DNA of 64,000 bases from an uncultured Chlamydiales bacterium (GTDB lineage Bacteria; Chlamydiota; Chlamydiia; Chlamydiales; Rhabdochlamydiaceae): assembly GCA_963700985.1 (NCBI GenBank), contig OY969554.1:256001-320000 (forward strand). The letters are read 5' to 3'. Both the position numbers and the translations under genes were made by a program. Shown piece after piece: positions 39,853 through 49,183 of the stretch. Position 1 is the first letter of the stretch, and the number at the start of each line of letters is the position of its first letter. Below the pieces are notes generated by a model. The model searched no databases, was not told the DNA's origin, and worked only from the letters and a program-made list of their open reading frames with translations.

Positions 39853-39961
39853 AAAGGAAGTATGAATTATCAAGGATGAAGGATGAAAAGAAGAAAGAAA
39901 GATTTGCCTGCCTCTTTTCTTTTTCTTCTTTTCATCCTTCCGAATTCATACTTCATCCTTT
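39853..39961. repeat. GGATGAA-unit palindromic element (family C)
   Basis: AAGGAAGTATGAATT...AAGGATGAAGGATGAAAAGAAGAAAG pairs with CTTCTTTTTCATCCTTCCGAATTCATACTTCATCCTTT. Confidence 0.8.
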
Positions 39962-40012
39962 CTTTCAAATTCTGTCTGTTGTACACTTATTCAAGTAATT
40001 TATTTTTTTAAT

Positions 40013-40086
40013 GGGGTATTAGCTCAGTTGGTTAGAGCGCCACGTTGACATCGTGGAGGTCAGCTGTTCGAGTCAGCTATATCCCA
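40013..40086 (+). tRNA. tRNA-Val(GAC)
   Basis: Acceptor stem GGGGTAT/ATATCCC, anticodon arm CCACG-TTGACAT-CGTGG, T arm AGCTG-TTCGAGT-CAGCT; CCA not encoded. Confidence 0.96.
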
Positions 40087-40099
40087 ACCCCGCCATATC

Positions 40100-41650
40100 A
40101 TGGAGACATTAAACTGTTCAGTAGAAGAGCTTCGGCAGATAGCATCTAAAGTGCTGGCTGCAGCTGTTCTTGAATTATTTCCTGAAACACTCATCGTCTC
40201 CTCTCATCTTACCTCTCAAGGTTTTTGTTGTGATTTTGTTTTCCCATTTCAATTTACCACTGAGCTGCTTAGCTTAGTTGAAGATCGCATGGGGCAGATT
40301 TTACGCGACAAACGCGAGGCTAGGGTTTTTGAAATGGTGCCCGTTTCGGCGGCTGCCTTTTTTGAACACCATGGCCAGCCTCTTCTTGCTGAAAAGGTGA
40401 GGAATCAGGGCGAGCCCCTTCTCACACTTTGCCAAATTGGCGAGTATGTCGACTTCTGCCCCAATGAACTCTCATTTGAACATAGCAATGAGATCAGAGC
40501 TTTAAAGCTTCTGACAGTCTCTCAGAAGCAGCGATATATGGGATATTCGGTCACACAAATCGGCGGTACAGCTTTTTTTGAAAAAGATGAACTCAAAGAG
40601 TTTTTAAAACGCCGTGAAGAATTTCCTCAAAAAGATCATCTACTTTTAGGCGCAGAACTCGAACTTTTCTCTTTAATCGAGGAGCGCTGCGTTTGGCATA
40701 AGCGAGGCGAAAAGCTCAGGCAGCTACTCGTCGAACGTTGGAAAGAGGAGCTGCTTCAGCAAAATTTTGAATCTATTTTGACCCGTGAGCTTGGCACAGA
40801 TCTCACCGCTAACCACAGCAAATATTTTCTTCTCAGACAAAAAAGTCATGCCCGATTTGTGGAATTTTCCAATGAGATGCCACCCCGTCGTGAAGAGTGG
40901 CAGCGGGGCTTGCTGACTCCAGAGCATCCAACTTGTGATCTAGCGCACGTCTTTTGCACTTCGGACGACCTTTTCAATATATGTATTTCTTCCTTGCAAA
41001 TCATCTGGAAGATGCTTAAAATTCTCGATTTTAAGTTTCGAGTTGTCATCTGCTTATCTCGTGGTACGCATAAACGCGAGCGAGATGCTAATCGTCTTCT
41101 TGAAGAAGCTCTACGTGTGCAAGGCATGCCTTATACTGTAGAAGAGCGCTCTCGAAGATACTCGGGTCCCACTGTAGAAGTGCGGATCCAAGATGGCATG
41201 GGGCAAGAATGGGCAGGTCCGTTTGTCGGCGTCGATTGCCGCCAACTCGTTCAAGAAGAGATTGTTGTTTTCTCGCTGTTTAATTCACTAGAGCGCTGTA
41301 TAGCTCTCTTGCTTGAACAAGGCGATGGAGAACTTCCCTTGTGGCTTGCACCTGAACAGGTGAGAGTCGTCGGGGTAAAAGAGAATGAATACGCCACGGA
41401 GATCAGCCAGCTTCTTCACGAGGCAGGCATAAGATCGACGCTTGACATAAGAGGCGATAAGTTAGCAAAAAGGCTGCATGAAGCCTTGAGTAGAAAGATT
41501 CCATGGCTCGTGGTTGTAGGAGAACGCGAGAGAAAAGATCAGCTCATTACCGTGCGATCTTTTTCCTCATCCGAACCAGAAGAGATGAATGTGGAAAGTT
41601 TTATTCAGAGAATATTGACAACAGAGGTAAGCAGCGTTGAGAATCAATAG
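40100..41650 (+). CDS. Threonyl-tRNA synthetase-like protein with degenerate active sites
   Basis: ThrRS landmarks ([42 protein letters not shown]) in thrS position before infC; catalytic motifs lost. Confidence 0.85.
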   Translation: METLNCSVEELRQIASKVLAAAVLELFPETLIVSSHLTSQGFCCDFVFPFQFTTELLSLVEDRMGQILRDKREARVFEMVPVSAAAFFEHHGQPLLAEKVRNQGEPLLTLCQIGEYVDFCPNELSFEHSNEIRALKLLTVSQKQRYMGYSVTQIGGTAFFEKDELKEFLKRREEFPQKDHLLLGAELELFSLIEERCVWHKRGEKLRQLLVERWKEELLQQNFESILTRELGTDLTANHSKYFLLRQKSHARFVEFSNEMPPRREEWQRGLLTPEHPTCDLAHVFCTSDDLFNICISSLQIIWKMLKILDFKFRVVICLSRGTHKRERDANRLLEEALRVQGMPYTVEERSRRYSGPTVEVRIQDGMGQEWAGPFVGVDCRQLVQEEIVVFSLFNSLERCIALLLEQGDGELPLWLAPEQVRVVGVKENEYATEISQLLHEAGIRSTLDIRGDKLAKRLHEALSRKIPWLVVVGERERKDQLITVRSFSSSEPEEMNVESFIQRILTTEVSSVENQ

Positions 41651-42158
41651 AGAAATTCGCGCTCCAAAAGTGCGTGTAATCGACAAAGATGGCGGCCAGT
41701 TGGGCGTGCTTTCGCTTTTGGAAGCCCTCATGAAAGCCGAAGAGGCGGGGCTCGATCTAGTTGAAATTTCTGCCTCGGCTGACCCTCCGGTTTGTAAGAT
41801 TATTGACTATGGTAAGCTGCGTTATCAGCAAACTAAGAAAGAGAAAGAGAGCAAAAAATCTCAGCACCAAGTCAAAGTTAAAGAAGTTAAGTTGAAGCCA
41901 AATACAGATGAACATGATGTTGGAGTAAAACTCAAACACGCCAGAGAGTTCATTGTAAAAGGCAACAAGGTGCGCCTCACTTGTGTCTTCCGCGGAAGAG
42001 AGATGATGCACCCTGAATTTGGTCAAAAAATTGTACACCGTATGTGTGAAGAGCTTTCAGACATCGCAACTCCTGAAGCTCCACCAAAGATGATGGGACG
42101 CAGCCTGTCTGTGGTTTTAGCACCTGGTGCGAAAAAGAAAGCAGCGAACACTGGTTGA
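41637..42158 (+). CDS. infC: Translation initiation factor IF-3
   Basis: [24 protein letters not shown] and FRGRE motifs; TTG start. Confidence 0.97.
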   Translation: MRINREIRAPKVRVIDKDGGQLGVLSLLEALMKAEEAGLDLVEISASADPPVCKIIDYGKLRYQQTKKEKESKKSQHQVKVKEVKLKPNTDEHDVGVKLKHAREFIVKGNKVRLTCVFRGREMMHPEFGQKIVHRMCEELSDIATPEAPPKMMGRSLSVVLAPGAKKKAANTG

Positions 42159-42183
42159 TAGAGTTTATTAAGGAGAGCAAACC

Positions 42184-42378
42184 GTGCCAAAGATGAAAAG
42201 CCGTAAGGCGTTTAAATCAAGATTCAAAGTCACTGGAACTGGCAAACTTTTACGTCAGCGTCCAGGACGCCGTCACAAATTGACGAAGAAATCAGCGAAG
42301 CGCAAGAGACATCTGAGAAAAGATGCTGTTGTGAGTGCAGGACAGACAAAAATGTACCGCCGCCTGATTAGTGTATAA
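42184..42378 (+). CDS. rpmI: 50S ribosomal protein L35
   Basis: MPKMKS...RFKVTGTGK; lies between infC and rplT; GTG start. Confidence 0.96.
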   Translation: MPKMKSRKAFKSRFKVTGTGKLLRQRPGRRHKLTKKSAKRKRHLRKDAVVSAGQTKMYRRLISV

Positions 42379-42401
42379 AAATTTAAAAGAGGAATGTTTC
42401 T

Positions 42402-42758
42402 ATGGCTAGAGTAACCAACGCCGTAGCTGCCCACAAAGCAAGAAAAAGACTGCTTAAGAGCGCTAAAGGATTTGTCGGAGATCGTAAAAATCACATTAGA
42501 CTTTCAGCAGATGCTGTATTGTCTGCAATGGCTTTCAACTACCTGCACCGTAAGCAGAAGAAGAGAGACTTCCGTAAACTTTGGATCATGCGCATTGGCG
42601 TAGGTGCAAAAATTAACGGCATCTCTTACAGTAAGCTAATCGGTGGTTTGAAATTAGCTGGTTGTGCTTTAGATCGAAAAATGCTTTCTGAGATGGCAAT
42701 CAAAGATCCAGAGAGTTTTGCTACTGTGGCAGCGCAAGCTAAAGCAGCACTCGCATAA
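42402..42758 (+). CDS. rplT: 50S ribosomal protein L20
   Basis: MARV...RKQKKRDFRKLWIMRI...DRKMLSEMA. Confidence 0.97.
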   Translation: MARVTNAVAAHKARKRLLKSAKGFVGDRKNHIRLSADAVLSAMAFNYLHRKQKKRDFRKLWIMRIGVGAKINGISYSKLIGGLKLAGCALDRKMLSEMAIKDPESFATVAAQAKAALA

Positions 42759-42770
42759 TATCATCTATTC

Positions 42771-42794
42771 AAGCGGCTTCTAGAAGCCGCTTTT
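42771..42794 (+). terminator. Putative intrinsic terminator after rplT
   Basis: Palindrome AAGCGGCTTCTAGAAGCCGCTT followed by Ts. Confidence 0.7.
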
Positions 42795-42827
42795 GCAATT
42801 TCTAATTAGAATCATGTAAGGTGTCTA

Positions 42828-43880
42828 ATGCACAAAGACGAGGCCGCTAGTTCAAAGACAGTCTCTGTCAAGCTATCGTCTCTTCGTCATGCCTTTCAGG
42901 CCGATCTGAATGGCGTTAAAGAGAGCAAAGATGTCGAACAGCTCAAAGTCAAATATCTGGGTAAAAAAGGCCCAATCCAAGAACTCCTCTTAGAACTGCG
43001 CAATTTTTCCAAAGAAGAGCGCCCAATCGCGGGCAAACTCATCAATGAAATCAAAGAAGAATTCGAAGCTCTTTGCAATCAAGCGGCGGCAGGCTTGCAT
43101 GAGATTCATCTCAAAGAGCGCCTTGAGCGCGAGAAAATCGATATTTCCCAGCCTGGGCGCCGTCAATTTTTAGGCCGCAAGCATCCTCTCACTTTGATGA
43201 TGGATGAACTGATTGAGATCTTTCAAGGTATGGGTTTTTCTGTGCAGATCGGCCCCGAGATCGATTCAGATTACTATAACTTCGAAGGCTTGAATTTTCC
43301 TAAGGATCACCCTGCGCGCGATATGCAGGATACGTTTTACATCACGCCAGATCTTCTGCTGCGTACACATACCAGCAACTCTCAATTACGCGTCATGGAA
43401 AGCCATGCGCCACCGTTGCGCATCATCTGTCCTGGCACTGTTTACCGCAAAGAGAACATCAGCGCTCGCTCGCATGTCTTCTTCCATCAGATTGAAGGTC
43501 TGTATGTAGACAAGGACGTTTCTTTTGCTGATCTTTTTGCCACCATGAACGAATTTTGCAATAAGCTGTTCAAAAAACATATTCCCACACGTTTTCGCCC
43601 TAGCTTTTTTCCTTTCGTCGAGCCCGGCTTAGAACTCGATATCCAGTGCACCTCTTGCGAGGGAAAAGGCTGCCGTCTCTGTAAGCAAACGGGTTGGCTT
43701 GAAGTTCTGGGTGCTGGCATGGTCCATCCGGAAGTGCTGCGCAATGGGGGAATCGATCCAGAAATCTACTCTGGCTTTGCTTGGGGAATGGGCATCGAGC
43801 GCCTCACCATGCTACGCTACGGCATCAAAGATATCCGTCAGTTTTTCGATAATGATATGCGCTTCCTTGCGCAATTCTAA
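42828..43880 (+). CDS. pheS: Phenylalanine--tRNA ligase alpha subunit
   Basis: HPARDMQDTFY, LLRTHTS, FHQIEG, FPFVEP and GMGIERL motifs. Confidence 0.97.
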   Translation: MHKDEAASSKTVSVKLSSLRHAFQADLNGVKESKDVEQLKVKYLGKKGPIQELLLELRNFSKEERPIAGKLINEIKEEFEALCNQAAAGLHEIHLKERLEREKIDISQPGRRQFLGRKHPLTLMMDELIEIFQGMGFSVQIGPEIDSDYYNFEGLNFPKDHPARDMQDTFYITPDLLLRTHTSNSQLRVMESHAPPLRIICPGTVYRKENISARSHVFFHQIEGLYVDKDVSFADLFATMNEFCNKLFKKHIPTRFRPSFFPFVEPGLELDIQCTSCEGKGCRLCKQTGWLEVLGAGMVHPEVLRNGGIDPEIYSGFAWGMGIERLTMLRYGIKDIRQFFDNDMRFLAQF

Positions 43881-43966
43881 TCCCTCTTAAAGCAGCACCC
43901 ACTTCCTATAAGCTTAATCAATCGTCCAATGCGCAAATTAAACTATTTAGTATGTATATTTTATTA

Positions 43967-43995
43967 TTGAAGTTATTCTTAAAAAGAACTAAAAT
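43967..43995 (+). promoter_or_regulatory. Putative sigma66/sigma70 promoter
   Basis: TTGAAG-N17-TAAAAT upstream of 44035. Confidence 0.55.
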
Positions 43996-44034
43996 ATTTG
44001 TAATTAATTATTAAAATGAGGATTTTGTTAAACT

Positions 44035-45756
44035 ATGGCAACAGCAAATAGTTCTATTTCATCCTTAACTCACTCGATTTCAAGCGCTTTGGTTATTAGT
44101 GATGAATCTAATTCACCAAGCGAGTTGAGAAGACGTCTTGATACAGGGCCGCTTTCGGCTAAGGTAGCAGGGCCATCTCAAAATGCGCATCTGGGACGCG
44201 TAGGCAGTGTGATCTGGGCAGAAGCTTTTTCCTATCTATCACTCCGAGAATTATGTTCTGGCGTTGTGCAAGCTTGCAAATATACACGCAAGTGTTCAAC
44301 TGAAGCATTAATGCTTATTTTTAAGTGCTCAGCATATGGAACCCATGGAATGGGTGGGCACCATTTTTGGCAATTTCCTGGCATGTTTGCAAAATTAAGA
44401 GGGGAAACTCTAAGCATCGATCAGCTTATTATGAAATATTGGAAGAATAAGAAAAGTCTCATTTTAGACTCATTTCATACTTCTGATAATAATCCTTTGG
44501 CTTTTAAAGCTATGAGTGCTTGCGGCTCTGAATTGGAAAATCTTATTGTTCATAACGTGCTGGAACTCCCACATGATGGTGAAATGGCTAAATTAGTTTC
44601 AGCCTTTCCTAATCTCAAAGAGTGCTCGCTCGTTCGCACAAAACCTACTGATAGTTTATTACGGGCGCTGGCTTCTTGTAGATCGCTTAAAAGCTTTAAA
44701 TTTAGCGCGCCTGGAGATTCTGATTACATGAGACATATAGATGCACGATCAAGGACTATTGCTACTTATGTACATAGTCGCCAAGATTCTATTCTCGAGC
44801 TTTTATCCTCTAACTCATTAGAGACATTTCATCACAATGGATGGCAGCTAACAGTTCCCGTTCTTAAGGCTATTGCTACTCATCAGCCGCAAATTAAAGA
44901 TCTTGCGCTAGGCCATAGCGGAGATTGTTTGGTAATCCCCGGTACTATATATCGTTTGCTTACCGTTTTTGATGGCCTAGATTTTGATCTTTTAGAGCGC
45001 GAGCTCATCACCACTCTTCAAACTACTCGCCAGTTGGAGACTCTTTTGCTTCGTCAAAATTTGGATTCTTTTTCTCCAATAGCTCCTCCTGGTGCTCGCA
45101 CACATTTTGTCACAGATGAAACGCTTCAGACGTTGGCTAAAAGTTGCAGTGATTTAAGACAACTTGAGCTTTTTGATTGTGCCCATATCACTAAGGCGGG
45201 TATCACATCTTTAGCCAAAGGTTGCCTTAACTTAGAAACGCTTTTTCTGAGCCAAGAACGTTATTATCCTATGGGTGAGATTGAACCGGCTGTTTATAAT
45301 GGAGTTGATGATGCGGCTCTGAAAGAGCTTTCTCTTGTCTCTTCTAATCTGAGAAATTTTGCTGTTTCTTCACTTAATGTTACAGATAAGGGTTTTGCAC
45401 ATCTAATGGCTTGCCAAAAGCTAGAGAGTCTAAATTTACGTAGGTGCAAAAGCATTACACCGCGCTGTCTGGAAGCTCTTCTATCTTCCATGCCGCCAAA
45501 TCTGGGATATATAAACCTTCAAAATACATTCGCTAACTCTAGGCCTGTTGTAGAGGGTATAGATATGCTACTCCAAAAAGTTTTGCCTCGACTTCCAAGT
45601 AGGTTTAAGCTCGAGCTAGATGTTGGCACGATATATATCGAAAAAGTAGAAGGGCAGAAAAGGTTAGCTTTTAAAGGTTTTCGGCAACGTCAAGAGAATG
45701 AGCATAGAATGTCTCATCTTGATGTGCTATGGAGCCAACGGCGTTCTACAGTTTAA
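44035..45756 (+). CDS. Divergent F-box/LRR protein, array paralog 1
   Basis: Ser-rich N-terminus, IWAEAFSYLSLRELCSGVVQACK, FHHNGWQLT and Cys-LRRs. Confidence 0.85.
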   Translation: MATANSSISSLTHSISSALVISDESNSPSELRRRLDTGPLSAKVAGPSQNAHLGRVGSVIWAEAFSYLSLRELCSGVVQACKYTRKCSTEALMLIFKCSAYGTHGMGGHHFWQFPGMFAKLRGETLSIDQLIMKYWKNKKSLILDSFHTSDNNPLAFKAMSACGSELENLIVHNVLELPHDGEMAKLVSAFPNLKECSLVRTKPTDSLLRALASCRSLKSFKFSAPGDSDYMRHIDARSRTIATYVHSRQDSILELLSSNSLETFHHNGWQLTVPVLKAIATHQPQIKDLALGHSGDCLVIPGTIYRLLTVFDGLDFDLLERELITTLQTTRQLETLLLRQNLDSFSPIAPPGARTHFVTDETLQTLAKSCSDLRQLELFDCAHITKAGITSLAKGCLNLETLFLSQERYYPMGEIEPAVYNGVDDAALKELSLVSSNLRNFAVSSLNVTDKGFAHLMACQKLESLNLRRCKSITPRCLEALLSSMPPNLGYINLQNTFANSRPVVEGIDMLLQKVLPRLPSRFKLELDVGTIYIEKVEGQKRLAFKGFRQRQENEHRMSHLDVLWSQRRSTV

Positions 45757-45765
45757 TCTTAAGCT

Positions 45766-47400
45766 ATGGCAACCCCTATAATTTCCAGCGCTTTAATTAG
45801 CGCAACTCAAGGCAGCGGGTCTGGTTCATCAAGTGTATCGAGAAGACGCGTTGATGCAGGGCCGTTTTCGGTTGAGATAGCGCCGCCATCTCATAATGCC
45901 CATCTCATGCGCATAAGCAATGTGGCTTGGGAAGAAGCTTTTTCCTACCTATCCTTCAAAGAGCTATATTTTGGTGTTGTGCAAGCATGCAAATACATGC
46001 GTCAGCGTTCAGCTGAAGCCTTGGTGCCTATTTTCAAGCGCTCAGCATATGGAAGTGCAAATTTTATCGGTCGAGGAGGAGAGCATCATTTTTGGCGCTT
46101 TCCTGCAGCATTCGCAGCGTTGAGAGGGGAATCTCTAAGCACCGATCAGCTCATTAAGAAGTATTGGGCAAATAAGAAGTGCCTCACTTTGGACTCATTT
46201 TCTCATACTAGTCTAGATTTTGGATGCGGGGATTTTAAAGCCATGCGCGCCCATAGCTCTTTATTGGAAAGTCTTACTGTTGAGAAAGCGCATGAAAACC
46301 CAGTCACTGGTGAAATAACCCGCTTGATTTTAGCATCTGCTAATCTCAAAGAGTGCTCGCTTTTTAACGCGCATCCTAGTGAAAGTTTGTTAATGGCGCT
46401 TGCTTCTCGCAGATCGCTTAGAAGCTTTAAATTTTTTGAGTCTGCAGATTCACGCTTCGTGCCATATTTTGAAACAAATATTGCGCGCAATACCGATTTT
46501 TTTTCTCGTTATGAAGCGGCTATTCTCAGCCTTTTGTGCTCTAATGAACTCGAATCATTTCATCATAATGGATGGCAGCTAACTACTGATGTGCTCCACG
46601 CCATAGCGCTTTGTCAGTCGCAAATTAAAGATCTTGCGCTTGGCTTTAGTGGTTATTCTGAGTCTAGTGAGGGGGGGTATGGGGCCCTGGCTGGTGTGGG
46701 TTTTGCTCTTTTAGAGCGTGAGCTCATTACCACTCTTAAAGCTACGCGGCAATTGAAGACCCTCATGCTTCGTCAAGATTGGACTTCTTGTGCGCATCCA
46801 GAAGAACCCAATGCGCGCAAATATTTTGTCACAGATAAAACGCTTGAAACGCTCGCTGAAAGCTGTAGTGATTTAACACGGCTTGAACTTTTCAATTGCA
46901 CCAATATAACTTCGGAAGGCATTACTTTTTTAGTGCTGGACTGCTTTAATAGTTTAGAACAGCTTTTTCTGGTTCAGGAGTGGTATGCTCCGCTACGTCA
47001 ACCAACTTCTTATGATGCAATTGATGATAAAGCTCTGAAAACGCTTTCTTACTGGTGTGACAAACTAAAAGATTTTGCTATTTCTTCTCGTAGCATTACA
47101 AATATAGGCGTTGCCCATCTATTGGCTTGCCCCAAGTTAGAGAGTCTGAATTTAGATGGATGTAGACTTCTAACACCAGACTGTCTGCAAACTCTTCGAA
47201 CATCTTTGCCGCCAAATCTGGATTATATAAACCTTCAACACACCTTCGTAAACTCTCCGACTGTAATTAAAGATATAGAGACTTTACTTCTCGAGCTTCT
47301 ACCGCGTCTTCTGGCGAAATTTAAGCTCGATCTAGATATCGGTACGTACTTCATCGAAAGAAAAAACGAGAAAAATAGTCTATTTTTTAAATGCTGTTGA
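45766..47400 (+). CDS. Divergent F-box/LRR protein, array paralog 2
   Basis: WEEAFSYLSFKEL..GVVQACK, FHHNGWQLT and LRRs. Confidence 0.85.
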   Translation: MATPIISSALISATQGSGSGSSSVSRRRVDAGPFSVEIAPPSHNAHLMRISNVAWEEAFSYLSFKELYFGVVQACKYMRQRSAEALVPIFKRSAYGSANFIGRGGEHHFWRFPAAFAALRGESLSTDQLIKKYWANKKCLTLDSFSHTSLDFGCGDFKAMRAHSSLLESLTVEKAHENPVTGEITRLILASANLKECSLFNAHPSESLLMALASRRSLRSFKFFESADSRFVPYFETNIARNTDFFSRYEAAILSLLCSNELESFHHNGWQLTTDVLHAIALCQSQIKDLALGFSGYSESSEGGYGALAGVGFALLERELITTLKATRQLKTLMLRQDWTSCAHPEEPNARKYFVTDKTLETLAESCSDLTRLELFNCTNITSEGITFLVLDCFNSLEQLFLVQEWYAPLRQPTSYDAIDDKALKTLSYWCDKLKDFAISSRSITNIGVAHLLACPKLESLNLDGCRLLTPDCLQTLRTSLPPNLDYINLQHTFVNSPTVIKDIETLLLELLPRLLAKFKLDLDIGTYFIERKNEKNSLFFKCC

Positions 47401-47472
47401 TCTCCAAGTAATTAACGTTGCTTCAATTATCCTCTTTTGTTTTTATAAAATAATTAATACATTTACTTGTTG

Positions 47473-47501
47473 TTGACAGTTAATTTAATAAATATTATAA
47501 T
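47473..47501 (+). promoter_or_regulatory. Perfect-consensus sigma70-type promoter
   Basis: TTGACA (47473-47478), 17-nt spacer, TATAAT (47496-47501), 29 nt before ATG 47531. Confidence 0.8.
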
Positions 47502-47530
47502 TTTGTATTAATTATTATAACATTTAAATT

Positions 47531-49096
47531 ATGACAATCTCATCAAGTGTAGCGAGAATACGTACCGAGGCAGATTCAAGGGTATTTACTCCACCTTCGC
47601 AAAATCCGCATCTAGCCAAGATGGCTACTAGTGTGATTTGGGCAGAGGCCTTTTCATATCTATCGCTAGAAGAATTATGTCTTGGTGTGGTGCATAGCTG
47701 CAAAGATTTGCGTAAGTATTCTGCTCAAGCTTTGCTGCTTATTTTCAGAAACTCTGTTTATGGCACAAGGAGTTTTCAAAGGAGTGCGCATGCATTCCAT
47801 GCTTTGAGAGGCGAGAATCTCACAACGGATCAGCTTATATCGAAATATTGGGCGAATAAAAAAACGATCGATTTAGACGGGTGTTCTCTCACACTAAATC
47901 CCGCAGGAGAATTAGATTTTCAAGCGATGTGTGCGCATGATTCAGCTATAACAAGCCTGAGGATCCGAAACGGGCTTGAATATGCTCTTATAGGAAGGTC
48001 GGCCCGCTTAGCTTTAGCTTCTCCTAATCTCACACAATGCGAACTTATTGGAGCATCTCCCTCGCTATCTTTTCTCGAAGCACTCGCTTCAAGATCAGCG
48101 CTTAATAGCTTTAAATTTTTTGAGCCTGCGATGAGTCCCTTTGTTGCATTGATGGAATATAATTTTCTGTTGGGGAATGTTGAGTTTTACCTCAAATATC
48201 AAACGGCTATTCTCAAGCTTTTAGACATGCGCACATTTGAATCATTTCATCACAATGGCTGGCAGCTGACAGCTTCCACTCTCCAATCTATTGCGGCTCG
48301 TCAGCCGCAAATTAAAGATCTTGCGCTTGGCTACAGTGGAAATAACATTTTTCCAGGGCAGCCCAATGGAATCTTTGCTGCATTAGATTACGCTGCTTTA
48401 GAACAAGAGTTAATTACCACCCTTAAAAATACTAAGCAGCTAAGATCCCTTTCTCTGCGCCAGAATTGGGCAACTTATTCTGCTTCACCGCATTCTCTTT
48501 CTTGCAAACATTTTGTTTCAGATCGAACGCTTGAAACACTTGCCCAGAGTTGTGATGATTTAAGAGAGCTTCGCCTTTTCAACTGTTCCAACATCACAGG
48601 CAAAGGCATTGCCAATTTGGCCAAGTGTTGCAAGCATTTAGAAACACTCTCGCTCGTTCAGGAGTGGTATAATATATGGCTTCCGCAATACATCTTTTAT
48701 GATGCGATTGACGATAAAGCTCTGCAAGCCCTGGCTATTCATGCGTCGCAGCTAAAAAAACTTACTATTCGTTCAAGAAGTATCACTGATAAGGGTGTTG
48801 CCTGTGTGGCGGCTTGTCAAAAACTAGAAATCTTGGATCTCAATAGCTGCATGCAAGTCACAGCGCGCTGTATGCAGGCATTTCAATCTTTTATCCCGCC
48901 TAACCTACAGTACATTGATCTTCGAAAGACCTCAGATTCTAATACTTATCTTGGGGCTGGGAATATGGCATCCTCACTTCTGGAGCTTTTGCCCCGTCTT
49001 CCTGCTGCATTCAAACTTTTAATGGACACGGGCACTTTCAGTATCGAGCGAGAAAAAAGGGAAAATCGCTTGGCTTTTACTTATGCGCTTTCTTAG
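47531..49096 (+). CDS. Divergent F-box/LRR protein, array paralog 3
   Basis: IWAEAFSYLSLEELCLGVVHSCK, FHHNGWQLT and LRRs. Confidence 0.85.
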   Translation: MTISSSVARIRTEADSRVFTPPSQNPHLAKMATSVIWAEAFSYLSLEELCLGVVHSCKDLRKYSAQALLLIFRNSVYGTRSFQRSAHAFHALRGENLTTDQLISKYWANKKTIDLDGCSLTLNPAGELDFQAMCAHDSAITSLRIRNGLEYALIGRSARLALASPNLTQCELIGASPSLSFLEALASRSALNSFKFFEPAMSPFVALMEYNFLLGNVEFYLKYQTAILKLLDMRTFESFHHNGWQLTASTLQSIAARQPQIKDLALGYSGNNIFPGQPNGIFAALDYAALEQELITTLKNTKQLRSLSLRQNWATYSASPHSLSCKHFVSDRTLETLAQSCDDLRELRLFNCSNITGKGIANLAKCCKHLETLSLVQEWYNIWLPQYIFYDAIDDKALQALAIHASQLKKLTIRSRSITDKGVACVAACQKLEILDLNSCMQVTARCMQAFQSFIPPNLQYIDLRKTSDSNTYLGAGNMASSLLELLPRLPAAFKLLMDTGTFSIEREKRENRLAFTYALS

Positions 49097-49115
49097 CTAA
49101 ACTTTAATATAATAG

Positions 49116-49144
49116 TTGAATAGATAGTTAAGTTTAGTGATAAT
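49116..49144 (+). promoter_or_regulatory. Putative sigma66/sigma70 promoter
   Basis: TTGAAT-N17-GATAAT upstream of 49184. Confidence 0.5.
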
Positions 49145-49183
49145 ATCTAAAATTAATTATTAAAATATTTGAGTTTTTAATTT

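Noticed and set aside
41637-43880. Non-ATG infC start and pheS without pheT
   Set aside because: Non-canonical infC starts are expected, and split pheS/pheT is normal in chlamydiae.
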